64,000 nt of DNA from a virus. Positions 1-7,689 of the stretch are shown here, in pieces. Every line of letters starts with the position of its first letter. Position 1 is the stretch's first letter. Below the pieces are notes generated by a model. It was given only the letters and a program-made list of their open reading frames with translations, made no database searches and was not told the DNA's origin. Location of the stretch: the IMG/VR virus record IMGVR_UViG_3300025892_000009; one strand, 5' to 3'. Position numbers and translations under genes: made by a program.

Positions 1-142
1 ATGAGTATGCAGATGCATTCTTACCACGATCAGGACGACTCTTGTAAAAGTTATCAATCAAAGAAAGTGTACGTAAACATTTTCTACATCTCCTGTCAAC
101 AAACAGAAAATGCTCTAACTCAAACTCATTCTGAAAGTCCAT
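1..142 (-). CDS. Partial (runs off window edge) small Zn-finger-like protein immediately downstream of g17
   Basis: Hand translation from ATG at 142 (TAATG overlap with the g17 stop): MDFQNEFELEHFLFVDRRCRKCLRTLSLIDNFYKSRPDRGKNASAYS. It has a CxxC motif. Not in the ORF track. Confidence 0.75.
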   Translation of the reverse strand, partial: MDFQNEFELEHFLFVDRRCRKCLRTLSLIDNFYKSRPDRGKNASAYS

Positions 143-1803
143 TACTTATAGTCCCACATAAAGGACATGTCTCCATAATCCCCTACAGTTTCATCGGTAT
201 GCCAAACTTGCCCTTCGGGATCAACTATTACTTCATCACCTAAACCATCATCCATAAATCCAAAAGGTGCCATGTCTGCTTCGATTGCTTCTTTCTGCTC
301 GGTATACATTCTGGCACGGACATCACTATCGTGCAATTCTCTAAAGTAATCTGATGTTGCTAACCATGAAAATATAACCAGGCACATAGCAAGGTCATCA
401 TTACACCCCTCTTCTGCTTCCCATGCTTGACCTTTTTGGATGAAAGTAGTTAACTCTGCAATAATATCATAGTCATTAAAAATTAATTTATCATCCTCAA
501 TCAATTGCTTCATGTTTGCACATCCAGTTTTCTTAACTGTAGTGGACATCTTCACACCTAGTTGCACCTTAGACCCAGAAAATCCCTGCCCCACAACCTG
601 ACCAGCACGTCCCCGCATTGAGCACATAAGAAGATTATCATACTCAAGATCAAACTGCATAGTGTCTGCTACTTGACCACCAATATCATTAACCTCAATC
701 ATTACATATGCATGATTGTAATTAGACGCAACCTGATTAATAACATTGGGGAAGAGCAACGGTTTAATAGTATTGTTTCTATATTTGGCAACCATTGTAT
801 ATGGGATAGTTGTTGTATCCATCACAACAAATGCAGAATAGTCTTTTGTCAATCCCCTAGCAACGTCAACTGTCATGCAGTATGTGTGCTCTGGTATTGG
901 TGGTGTGAATACATCTAACCCCCCACTACGAGTTATAGGATCTTCATATACTAATGTCTTAAGTTTAGATGATGTGATCAAAGTATTAACAGATCCTAGG
1001 AATTCACATTCAAACTCTTGATTAAACTGCTCTGCCGATGTATTACGAATGGTCTGCTCTTTCCACGCAGCATCACGTCCTGGTACTTCTGACCAGTGGA
1101 CTTCAGTGGTAGTATATTCATTCTTACCTTTCTCTGCATCATGCCAGAGTTTGTAAAACATATTCATCCCCTTAGGCGTGGAGATGATAATTACCTTTGT
1201 GCTTTTACCAGAAGATATAGTAGGATAGACAGATGAAAAGAACTCATCAGCAATGTGCGTCGGAATAAACGCGAATTCGTCCAGAAAAATGATATTAAAA
1301 GACATGCCCCTGACGGCAGAAGCGGAAGTAGAGGCAGCCATGATCTTACTGCCGTTTTCCAATTCCAGACTGCCCCTGTTCCAGTTGACGACACCTTGCT
1401 GCAGCCAGTTGGGGAGGTTTTCATAACTTAATTGTAATCGTTGTAGCATCTCGCGAGCAGTCGCTGCTTTGTTGGCAAGGATTGCTACATTAACATTGTC
1501 ATTAAAAATGATATACCACAACAGATATGCAGTAACCACTGTTGACTTACCTGACTGTCGTGGTAGTTTTGCTATATTGAATCTATTCGCATGGAATCTT
1601 TCAACCATCGACTCCTGAAAGTCGTACAATGTAAATGGAATCAGACCACGATCCAGTGAGATAATTTGGATGTAGTTTTTAATAAAGTAAACGGGATCCT
1701 TAGAGCACTTGATAAATTCTTTAACGTGTTCTTCAGTAAAATCCTGTGCAACGTTAGCCCGTTTTAGATTCGGATTACCAAGATAGATTTCATTCTGAGC
1801 CAT
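142..1803 (-). CDS. g17: Terminase large subunit (gp17)
   Basis: 553 aa. Walker A-like PRQSGKST, Walker B IIFLDEFAF, ISTPKGMN coupling motif, C-terminal RNase H-like nuclease (DVARG, NDDLAM). T4-like gene context. Confidence 0.98.
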   Translation of the reverse strand: MAQNEIYLGNPNLKRANVAQDFTEEHVKEFIKCSKDPVYFIKNYIQIISLDRGLIPFTLYDFQESMVERFHANRFNIAKLPRQSGKSTVVTAYLLWYIIFNDNVNVAILANKAATAREMLQRLQLSYENLPNWLQQGVVNWNRGSLELENGSKIMAASTSASAVRGMSFNIIFLDEFAFIPTHIADEFFSSVYPTISSGKSTKVIIISTPKGMNMFYKLWHDAEKGKNEYTTTEVHWSEVPGRDAAWKEQTIRNTSAEQFNQEFECEFLGSVNTLITSSKLKTLVYEDPITRSGGLDVFTPPIPEHTYCMTVDVARGLTKDYSAFVVMDTTTIPYTMVAKYRNNTIKPLLFPNVINQVASNYNHAYVMIEVNDIGGQVADTMQFDLEYDNLLMCSMRGRAGQVVGQGFSGSKVQLGVKMSTTVKKTGCANMKQLIEDDKLIFNDYDIIAELTTFIQKGQAWEAEEGCNDDLAMCLVIFSWLATSDYFRELHDSDVRARMYTEQKEAIEADMAPFGFMDDGLGDEVIVDPEGQVWHTDETVGDYGDMSFMWDYK

Positions 1804-2264
1804 TATTCAACCAACGTACCGTGTGCTCTCCTGATTTCTCGTAGTGCCTCAAGATTCATATCCTTGGTGCCACCATCATAGGCATGAGCATAACCTTCTG
1901 CAATCATTTGCTCGTTAAGGGACACACTGTCGTCCCCAATGTAAAGCCAACCCAGAAGACGCCCGTATTTCCCAGTGCCACCAACAAGTTCAGTCCTAAC
2001 AGACAACTCATCATCACCAGCCAACGTGCCTTCGAGTTTTTCTTTGAGCCAGTTGGTTGCGTCGATTCCAAGTGCTTTCTCCTCTAGGTTTCTGGTCCTC
2101 TTCTCTGGCGTATCAACTCCTGCAACTCTAACTCTTTCTTTCTTGTATAGATCAAACCCGAGGTCAATAGTGACATCAATAGTATCACCATCAAGGACAC
2201 GATTGATCTCCGTCACTCGGAAGTTGTAGCAGCTCTTCCTGCTCGGTGGTGTCAATGCTCCCAT
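1803..2264 (-). CDS. Thermonuclease/SNase-family endonuclease
   Basis: RVLDGDTIDV, RVRVAGVDTPE and GKYGRLLG motifs, and LNEQMIAEGYA. TAATG-coupled to g17. Confidence 0.85.
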   Translation of the reverse strand: MGALTPPSRKSCYNFRVTEINRVLDGDTIDVTIDLGFDLYKKERVRVAGVDTPEKRTRNLEEKALGIDATNWLKEKLEGTLAGDDELSVRTELVGGTGKYGRLLGWLYIGDDSVSLNEQMIAEGYAHAYDGGTKDMNLEALREIRRAHGTLVE

Positions 2265-2400
2265 CTTCTAACTCTGCAAACGCTATCCTTAATATGTATA
2301 CGATACAATAGAATGCTCCTGCAACTGCAAGTATCACCATAACGATCACTGACCACACAGGGTCAGCAACATTATCTAGTGGGCGCAAGAATAAATTCAT
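2191..2400 (-). CDS. Small single-TM membrane protein
   Basis: 69 aa with hydrophobic span VWSVIVMVILAVAGAFYCIVYILRIAF. ATGA overlap with the upstream gene. Confidence 0.7.
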   Translation of the reverse strand: MNLFLRPLDNVADPVWSVIVMVILAVAGAFYCIVYILRIAFAELEDGSIDTTEQEELLQLPSDGDQSCP

Positions 2401-2588
2401 AATTCATGAAATTGATAATCTAAGATCATTCGGTAAAGAGAATCTCTCATATACCATAAGTGCTCTTGCTCTTCTGGTGGTCTGGCAGGAGATCCCTCCC
2501 ACATTTCTAGTCTCTTTATTACACATTGATGTAATAAACGTATATCTTCTATGGTCAAATCAACATTGTAATCAGGTTCCTGATTCAT
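2397..2588 (-). CDS. Hypothetical protein
   Basis: 63 aa ORF, translationally coupled on both sides, with normal composition. Confidence 0.75.
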   Translation of the reverse strand: MNQEPDYNVDLTIEDIRLLHQCVIKRLEMWEGSPARPPEEQEHLWYMRDSLYRMILDYQFHEL

Positions 2589-2662
2589 TTCTTAACAGGC
2601 CAAGTTAACTCCATTCCTACTGTAAGTAATAAAACAAATCCAAATACAAATATTCCACTCAT
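2585..2662 (-). CDS. 25-aa hydrophobic micropeptide
   Basis: Hand translation MSGIFVFGFVLLLTVGMELTWPVKK. It exactly fills the gap, with a TGATG overlap at the 5' end and an ATGA overlap at the 3' end. Confidence 0.7.
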   Translation of the reverse strand: MSGIFVFGFVLLLTVGMELTWPVKK

Positions 2663-2838
2663 CATAATCGATTCTTGCTATCAGGACTTGGAATCAATTG
2701 ATATGCTAGTTTATCACGTAACGCATTGACACGATCCTCATTGTATTGTTTAAAGTTTCCTCGCTTCTCAACTTTCTTGTAGTAGTGTAATGCATTAAGA
2801 ATGATTGCATAATCATCCATGTCCAATTCAAAATTCAT
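2662..2838 (-). CDS. Hypothetical protein (track ORF 2662..2865; likely start MNFELDM at 2838)
   Basis: ATG at 2838 overlaps (ATGA) the stop of the upstream 50-aa ORF. Confidence 0.7.
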   Translation of the reverse strand: MNFELDMDDYAIILNALHYYKKVEKRGNFKQYNEDRVNALRDKLAYQLIPSPDSKNRL

Positions 2839-2987
2839 TTGTGGAATGGTTGCCAATGTTTCCATCCGTATTTATGAACTAACTGCATACCTATAGTAGG
2901 TACTACAATTAGTGAGTAAGATAAGACCCCAACACCCAATGGGTTATTGAGGACCCTACCACAAAATCTTGCTACTTCTAAAATCAT
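2835..2987 (-). CDS. 50-aa small membrane protein
   Basis: Hand translation MILEVARFCGRVLNNPLGVGVLSYSLIVVPTIGMQLVHKYGWKHWQPFHK. One TM span and an aromatic/His-rich tail. Fills the gap after the gnd-like gene. Confidence 0.75.
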   Translation of the reverse strand: MILEVARFCGRVLNNPLGVGVLSYSLIVVPTIGMQLVHKYGWKHWQPFHK

Positions 2988-2992
2988 TGATT

Positions 2993-3583
2993 TTACCAGT
3001 CTCTATAGATCCAACCATAATCTTGAGGATACATTACATAATCATTTTTGGTAGAGGAAGGTCTAATTCCCATTGAGATAGCATCGAAGATTGTGCGGCA
3101 TGTATCGACTGCATACTTTCCACCAGTAACCACAAGACCGTATCCATGGTCCAAACCAGAAATACCACCAACAACGCCAACATCAATATATTGCATACCC
3201 ACTTTTGGTAAGTATTCTGACCATTTCCTACTAACGTTAGCATCGCAATTGCAATAATTAATAATAATATCTCCTTCACTACAAAACTGTAGTAACTCAT
3301 CCATCACTCCACTAATTGATTCTTTAGGCATGGCAAGTTGAAAGATACCAGGATTACGTTGCACAACAGTGTCCCCTGATTTTTCACCATAGATCCAAGA
3401 TTCTTTTACTGATCTTACAAGATATTTAATATTGGTATTGACACCAGTATAATATTTCTTGTCGTATGCGTCTGAAGCCTTTTCATAATTTCTACGATAT
3501 CCATGGACTTCAATCTTATTTGAAATCAACCTACGGGAGATACTCTCTCCCAGTTGACCAAGACCAATCATTCCAACTTTCAT
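2993..3583 (-). CDS. 6-phosphogluconate-dehydrogenase-like NAD(P)-binding domain only (truncated, divergent Gnd paralog)
   Basis: MKVGMIGLGQLG Rossmann motif, EVHGYRRNYEKA, ELLQFCSEGDIII and YIDVGVVGG. It ends at YGWIYRDW, before the catalytic GHFVKMVHNGIEY segment. Confidence 0.8.
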   Translation of the reverse strand: MKVGMIGLGQLGESISRRLISNKIEVHGYRRNYEKASDAYDKKYYTGVNTNIKYLVRSVKESWIYGEKSGDTVVQRNPGIFQLAMPKESISGVMDELLQFCSEGDIIINYCNCDANVSRKWSEYLPKVGMQYIDVGVVGGISGLDHGYGLVVTGGKYAVDTCRTIFDAISMGIRPSSTKNDYVMYPQDYGWIYRDW

Positions 3584-3592
3584 AATGTTTAA

Positions 3593-3937
3593 TTAATTTA
3601 CGTGAATTACTCCAGTCATACCTGCGCCCTGATGAGGACCACAGAAGAAATTATAGTCTCCTGGATCAGCAAATACAACATCCTGTGTTTCTCCAGGAGC
3701 AAACAATAGTGCTTCTCTGGAAAGATCTGCACGACCTTCTACAATAATGTTATGTGGAGGTAGTGCTTCATTGATGAAGTGGACCGTATCGCCTGCCGAG
3801 ATTGTAATCTCGTTAGGTTCAAATACTAGGTTGCCACCAGCACCCATTGATACATCCAAAGCGTATGCTGTCTTAGGTAGAAAGAATACCAACGCTGCGA
3901 TCGCTGCTAAAATTGTAAACCGAATAAGACTTTTCAT
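3593..3937 (-). CDS. petE: Plastocyanin (phage auxiliary metabolic gene)
   Basis: N-terminal signal peptide (AYA cleavage-like site), LVFEPNE, PPHNI, and Cu ligands C-G-P-H-Q-G-A-G-M. Confidence 0.96.
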   Translation of the reverse strand: MKSLIRFTILAAIAALVFFLPKTAYALDVSMGAGGNLVFEPNEITISAGDTVHFINEALPPHNIIVEGRADLSREALLFAPGETQDVVFADPGDYNFFCGPHQGAGMTGVIHVN

Positions 3938-3974
3938 ACTAGTTTATGCGTCTATGGTATCTATACTATCACAT

Positions 3975-4268
3975 TTAGATGTTATGATCTGCTAACTCTT
4001 CAAGCATTTTCTTTCGAGTGTCTATAGCACCTTGCACATATCCTGATCTAGATTCCCAGGTTTGTCCACCTTCGATACCTTTTTTAGGATTGATACATTG
4101 CTCATTGCCGAACCTATTACACACCAAACCAGCAAGATCTAATTCACTACTGTCATAAGATGCAGCTGTGCCTCTAAAGATATGCTGCCCATTAATCCAT
4201 GTAGCACCACACTTCTCACATTCTGATCTACTCATAGTCAGATCGGAGACTTCCTTATTACTTTCCAT
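3975..4268 (-). CDS. Cyanophage hypothetical protein with CxxC
   Basis: 97 aa containing CEKCGATWINGQH and LVCN...CINP. Packed between neighbours. Confidence 0.75.
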   Translation of the reverse strand: MESNKEVSDLTMSRSECEKCGATWINGQHIFRGTAASYDSSELDLAGLVCNRFGNEQCINPKKGIEGGQTWESRSGYVQGAIDTRKKMLEELADHNI

Positions 4269-4488
4269 AGGTTTTAAAGTGATGTAAAAAACTTGTTTTG
4301 GGAAATCCCAATTCCTTTTCTAATTTTCTTCTAATGAAAAAAGTGCGGAACAGGATAATATGCCAGCGTATTTCTAAATCTACAAATGCAAATAACTGCA
4401 TAGTAGATTCAACGCCTGCGTATGCAACCATACAGACTAAGATTGCAATTGTTAAGTAGAATGCCAACATAGTATCAAGGGGATACAA
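4258..4488 (-). CDS. Small membrane protein
   Basis: 76 aa with an N-terminal TM span (LAFYLTIAILVCMVAYAGV). First gene after the promoter at 4493-4521. Confidence 0.7.
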   Translation of the reverse strand: MYPLDTMLAFYLTIAILVCMVAYAGVESTMQLFAFVDLEIRWHIILFRTFFIRRKLEKELGFPKTSFLHHFKTYGK

Positions 4489-4492
4489 ATGA

Positions 4493-4521
4493 AGTATAAT
4501 ACTATTTACCCAAATTGTCAG
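4493..4521 (-). promoter_or_regulatory. sigma70-type promoter inside the late module
   Basis: Minus strand CTGACA-17 nt-TATACT in the 4489-4556 intergenic gap. The spacer contains GTAAATA, a late-promoter variant. Confidence 0.6.
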
Positions 4522-4556
4522 TTACAATGTATTACGATGTTAGCAATTCCAAGCTC

Positions 4557-4829
4557 TCAGTTTCTGCACTTCCATTTGCGACGGGCTTTCCGTAAACGAC
4601 TGTCTGGATCTTTAGCAGCTTTCGGCCACATTTTCATTTGTCCTTTACTACGAGCACAGTAAGAGTCTTTTCGTTTACCACCTTCAGGTTGAGGAGGTTT
4701 GATGTCTTGGCCTTGAGCACGTAAGGATGCACGACCTTTGTCATTTAAACCGCCTTCAGGGTTCTGACCTTCTTTTCTTGTCCAGGCTGCTCCTTCTGTT
4801 AGTTGCAAATATTCGCCAAAAGAATACAT
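4557..4829 (-). CDS. Basic small protein (DUF6321-like, GAAWTRKEG family), candidate internal head protein
   Basis: MYSFGEYLQLTE leader followed by GAAWTRKEGQNPEGGLN...RKDSYCAR...RKARRKWKC. Confidence 0.75.
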   Translation of the reverse strand: MYSFGEYLQLTEGAAWTRKEGQNPEGGLNDKGRASLRAQGQDIKPPQPEGGKRKDSYCARSKGQMKMWPKAAKDPDSRLRKARRKWKCRN

Positions 4830-4948
4830 TATTCTCTAACCTCAGGATTTTTAGGGCAATTGGATTCATGCTTTTTGATCCACGCATCAGGTCTATGATG
4901 ACCTTTAGGTGAAGTCAATCCGCAATACTTACAAGTTTTTACTACCAT
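4829..4948 (-). CDS. 39-aa C2HC zinc-finger micro-protein
   Basis: Hand translation MVVKTCKYCGLTSPKGHHRPDAWIKKHESNCPKNPEVRE. GGAGG Shine-Dalgarno upstream and TAATG overlap with the next gene. Confidence 0.8.
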   Translation of the reverse strand: MVVKTCKYCGLTSPKGHHRPDAWIKKHESNCPKNPEVRE

Positions 4949-4949
4949 A

Positions 4950-5906
4950 TCATCCTCCAACAAAGTTGCCAAATGACATCATAGATTCTTTCGCATCCTT
5001 TGCATCCTTTTTGGCATATCCCTTAGGTGCAGGATTATCTTTAGTGTGAAGTTTCATCAATTTCTTGTCACTATCAAGAGCCAACTCAATAGGTGACTTT
5101 TCCTGAAGATTTACTTCTTCTTTTTTAAGACCCAATCTACCCAACAAAGATTTTTTCTTAGGTTTGATGTTGGCACCCATCGCATTCAATCTGCTAGTAG
5201 CAGTGCCAGACTTTTGCTTTGATGCCTTCTGACGCTTGGAGTAATCCATATAGGACTCACCCTTCTTCAGTTTTTTGGGATCTTCTTTGGGTTTTGCTGC
5301 ATCAGCACGATCTTCACGAGCACGAGCATTAGCACCAGGACCACCTAGTTTTTTATCCTTCTCAGGATCAGGATGCCAATAGTCACCACGCTCAGTAATT
5401 ACTTCTTCTTTTGTCAAACGTGCTTTACGTTTTGCTGCTGCCTTGGCAAGGATTCTTGCACGAGCATCATCCTGATCCTTCTTGGGGATAGGAGTTACAG
5501 CACCAACTTTCTGATCAACATCACCAGGGGCATAACCCTCAGTCTTAGTTGCTTTCTTTCTGCGATTCATTTCCTTCGTCACTCTCTTCAACATGAATTG
5601 ATTAGAGGGAAGACTCTGGTCAGCACCACTGACTTGCTTATGCAACGCTGCCAGTTTCTCATCAGACTGCTTACCCATCTTGGCATCTTCTTTGATGGCA
5701 CCTTCACCATGCTTGGCACGGATATCTGCTTTCACTTTTTCAAGTGCAGACATACCATCATATTTTGGTTTTTTCTTACCAAATGTATTCGGTGTGTTAC
5801 TAACTGGTTTGTTGTAACGTTGGTTGCCACCAACACCACCACGCTCCATGCGTCTGTCTTTGAGACCGTCCGATCCCTCTTCGTGCATTTGTGAAAAACT
5901 TTTCAT
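4950..5906 (-). CDS. Lys/Arg-rich modular protein, candidate internal head (poly)protein
   Basis: 318 aa with leader MKSFSQMHEE. Basic modules are separated by acidic linkers ending I-K-E, I-T-E and L-Q-E. Confidence 0.7.
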   Translation of the reverse strand: MKSFSQMHEEGSDGLKDRRMERGGVGGNQRYNKPVSNTPNTFGKKKPKYDGMSALEKVKADIRAKHGEGAIKEDAKMGKQSDEKLAALHKQVSGADQSLPSNQFMLKRVTKEMNRRKKATKTEGYAPGDVDQKVGAVTPIPKKDQDDARARILAKAAAKRKARLTKEEVITERGDYWHPDPEKDKKLGGPGANARAREDRADAAKPKEDPKKLKKGESYMDYSKRQKASKQKSGTATSRLNAMGANIKPKKKSLLGRLGLKKEEVNLQEKSPIELALDSDKKLMKLHTKDNPAPKGYAKKDAKDAKESMMSFGNFVGG

Positions 5907-5910
5907 TGGA

Positions 5911-6453
5911 TCAACCTGATACTTGGACTTCGTTGATATACATGGTCATGCCATTAGTGCTATCACCCTTTGCCTGAATCTTGATGCTGTTAGCAACAGT
6001 AGCGGCACCTGCAAAAGCAGCACTGGCAGACTGGTCGGAAGTGACTGTAATAGTTGTGTTAGTAACAGCAGTTACTTCAACATGAGTTACGTTGTAAGCA
6101 GCAGTATCACCACCTGTGAGAGTAACGTAATCACCAACCACGAAAGGATGAGCGGGAGTGCCACCACCACCAACAGTCAGCACACAGGGACTAGCAGCAG
6201 TTGCATCAATAATGTTTGCTTTCTTAGGTTTGGCAAGTTTGAAGATTTCAGCACCATTGACGGGCATATGGACCACCAGGTCCGTCGTTATATCAGGAGC
6301 ACCACCCCATGAAAAATGATTGCTATGACTATCAGTATTGATAAATCTGTAATATCCAGTTTTCACTGTATATGCAGCAGTTGTTTGAGCAGTATCACTA
6401 TTATCAGTGAGACTACCCAAATCCTGCACGGGTACGGTTACATTTGATGCCAT
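5911..6453 (-). CDS. Probable virion structural protein (Ala/Thr/Val-rich beta protein)
   Basis: 180 aa with structural composition. Late promoter GATAAATA immediately upstream; follows g16. Confidence 0.65.
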   Translation of the reverse strand: MASNVTVPVQDLGSLTDNSDTAQTTAAYTVKTGYYRFINTDSHSNHFSWGGAPDITTDLVVHMPVNGAEIFKLAKPKKANIIDATAASPCVLTVGGGGTPAHPFVVGDYVTLTGGDTAAYNVTHVEVTAVTNTTITVTSDQSASAAFAGAATVANSIKIQAKGDSTNGMTMYINEVQVSG

Positions 6454-6476
6454 GGTGATTGATTACTCCTACGATT

Positions 6477-6932
6477 CTATTTATCTTGTTGTTGTTTTAA
6501 AAACTTGGCGAGATCTGCTGTGCTACCCACAAACATTGTGTTATTAGTAGTATTGACTTCCTTAGTTTTCTTGGGGTTTTCAATCTCAGAAACCTTCTTC
6601 TGAAGATCAATTAGTTTGTCAGCAACATCACCCACATGTTTGATCAGCTGACCAGCAACTTCAAATGCTCTTGGTTGATCTGACTCTTGTGCTAATTCTA
6701 AAATACCATCAACCGCCTCTTGACCTTTTTCGATCAGAGAATAAAGATTGCCACGAGTATACTCGTAGTCTTTCTTCAACTGCTCTTTGGTTGAAGTAAT
6801 AAACACTTCAGGTTTTTCGATTGGTGCTGGGTCAGCAGGAACTATAGAAGTTTCAATATCAAGGGCATCCTCAATACCATCAAATTTCTTCGTCTTGTCC
6901 TGTGACGGGGTTGTATTGTTTTGCATCGACAT
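6477..6932 (-). CDS. g16: Terminase small subunit (gp16)
   Basis: KDYEYTRGNLYSLIEKGQEAVDGILELAQESDQPRAFEVAGQLIK and the C-terminal NNTMFVGSTADL. Follows g15. Confidence 0.92.
   Translation of the reverse strand: MSMQNNTTPSQDKTKKFDGIEDALDIETSIVPADPAPIEKPEVFITSTKEQLKKDYEYTRGNLYSLIEKGQEAVDGILELAQESDQPRAFEVAGQLIKHVGDVADKLIDLQKKVSEIENPKKTKEVNTTNNTMFVGSTADLAKFLKQQQDK
6478..6485 (-). promoter_or_regulatory. T4-type late promoter (NATAAATA)
   Basis: GATAAATA on the minus strand, overlapping the g16 stop, 25 nt upstream of the next ATG. Confidence 0.6.
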
Positions 6933-7689
6933 AGTTGCTAGTCATTTCATTAAAACCGAAGTCATCGCCAGGATCTGAGGATAACGGATCTGGTTGGACC
7001 GTATAACGAACCTCTCTTGGAGCGGATGTATCCACTTTAGTAGAGTAATCTACAATTGCTTTTTTAATAACTTCGTTAGTCGAATCATTAACAGGACCAT
7101 ACAAATAGGTCTTAGCAACAAATTGAAGAGTATAAATCAAAGTGCGACGGGTATCATAATCACCTTCATATTCATCATCATATGAAACAGAAGTAAGAGT
7201 TACAGGATAGTCTTTTTTATCACCCAAATCAGGCACAAGTGTCATAGTGATATTGAAACTTGGTTGGAAATAAGGAAGAATCTGCTCCAGTATTTGCAAA
7301 GAGTCGTCTTGATTTTTTGCAAGAATTGCAAGCTCAAAATTAATATTATATGGGATTGGGGCAAACATTTTAATCTGCTTGCCTTCAGAAGTAGTATTCC
7401 TAATATATTGTGTGGGTGATACTTTTCTAGTAGCATCATACGAGATACCATTGATCTCAAATGAGATCCTAGGTAACGTAATCTGCACTTGATCCTTCTC
7501 CGTCAAATCACCCACTTGGCGAAGACGTGCAAGAAACTTTTGCTTTGGTCCATATGCCAGAGGCACCTTCATCACTTCAACAACTTCTCCTGAAGAATCG
7601 GTGCGTCGTAGCTCAATATTGTTGAATAGGGTACCAAACCCCACAACAGTTTTCTTTATAATCTCGTGATATGAATAATTTCCTAACAT
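6880..7689 (-). CDS. g15: Tail sheath stabiliser/completion protein (gp15)
   Basis: FGTLFNNI, KVPLAYGPKQKFLARL, LPRISFE and QILEQILPYFQP motifs. Confidence 0.95.
   Translation of the reverse strand: MLGNYSYHEIIKKTVVGFGTLFNNIELRRTDSSGEVVEVMKVPLAYGPKQKFLARLRQVGDLTEKDQVQITLPRISFEINGISYDATRKVSPTQYIRNTTSEGKQIKMFAPIPYNINFELAILAKNQDDSLQILEQILPYFQPSFNITMTLVPDLGDKKDYPVTLTSVSYDDEYEGDYDTRRTLIYTLQFVAKTYLYGPVNDSTNEVIKKAIVDYSTKVDTSAPREVRYTVQPDPLSSDPGDDFGFNEMTSNYVDAKQYNPVTGQDEEI

Noticed and set aside
142-1803. Intron or intein in the terminase gene
   Set aside because: The 553-aa length and contiguous motifs are normal. No Cys/Ser...His-Asn intein signature or homing endonuclease was seen.
5373-5894. 173-aa plus-strand ORF rich in Phe/Cys/Leu
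   Set aside because: It is the antisense mirror of the Lys/Glu-rich 318-aa gene (AAG/GAA codons read as CTT/TTC), not an independent gene.
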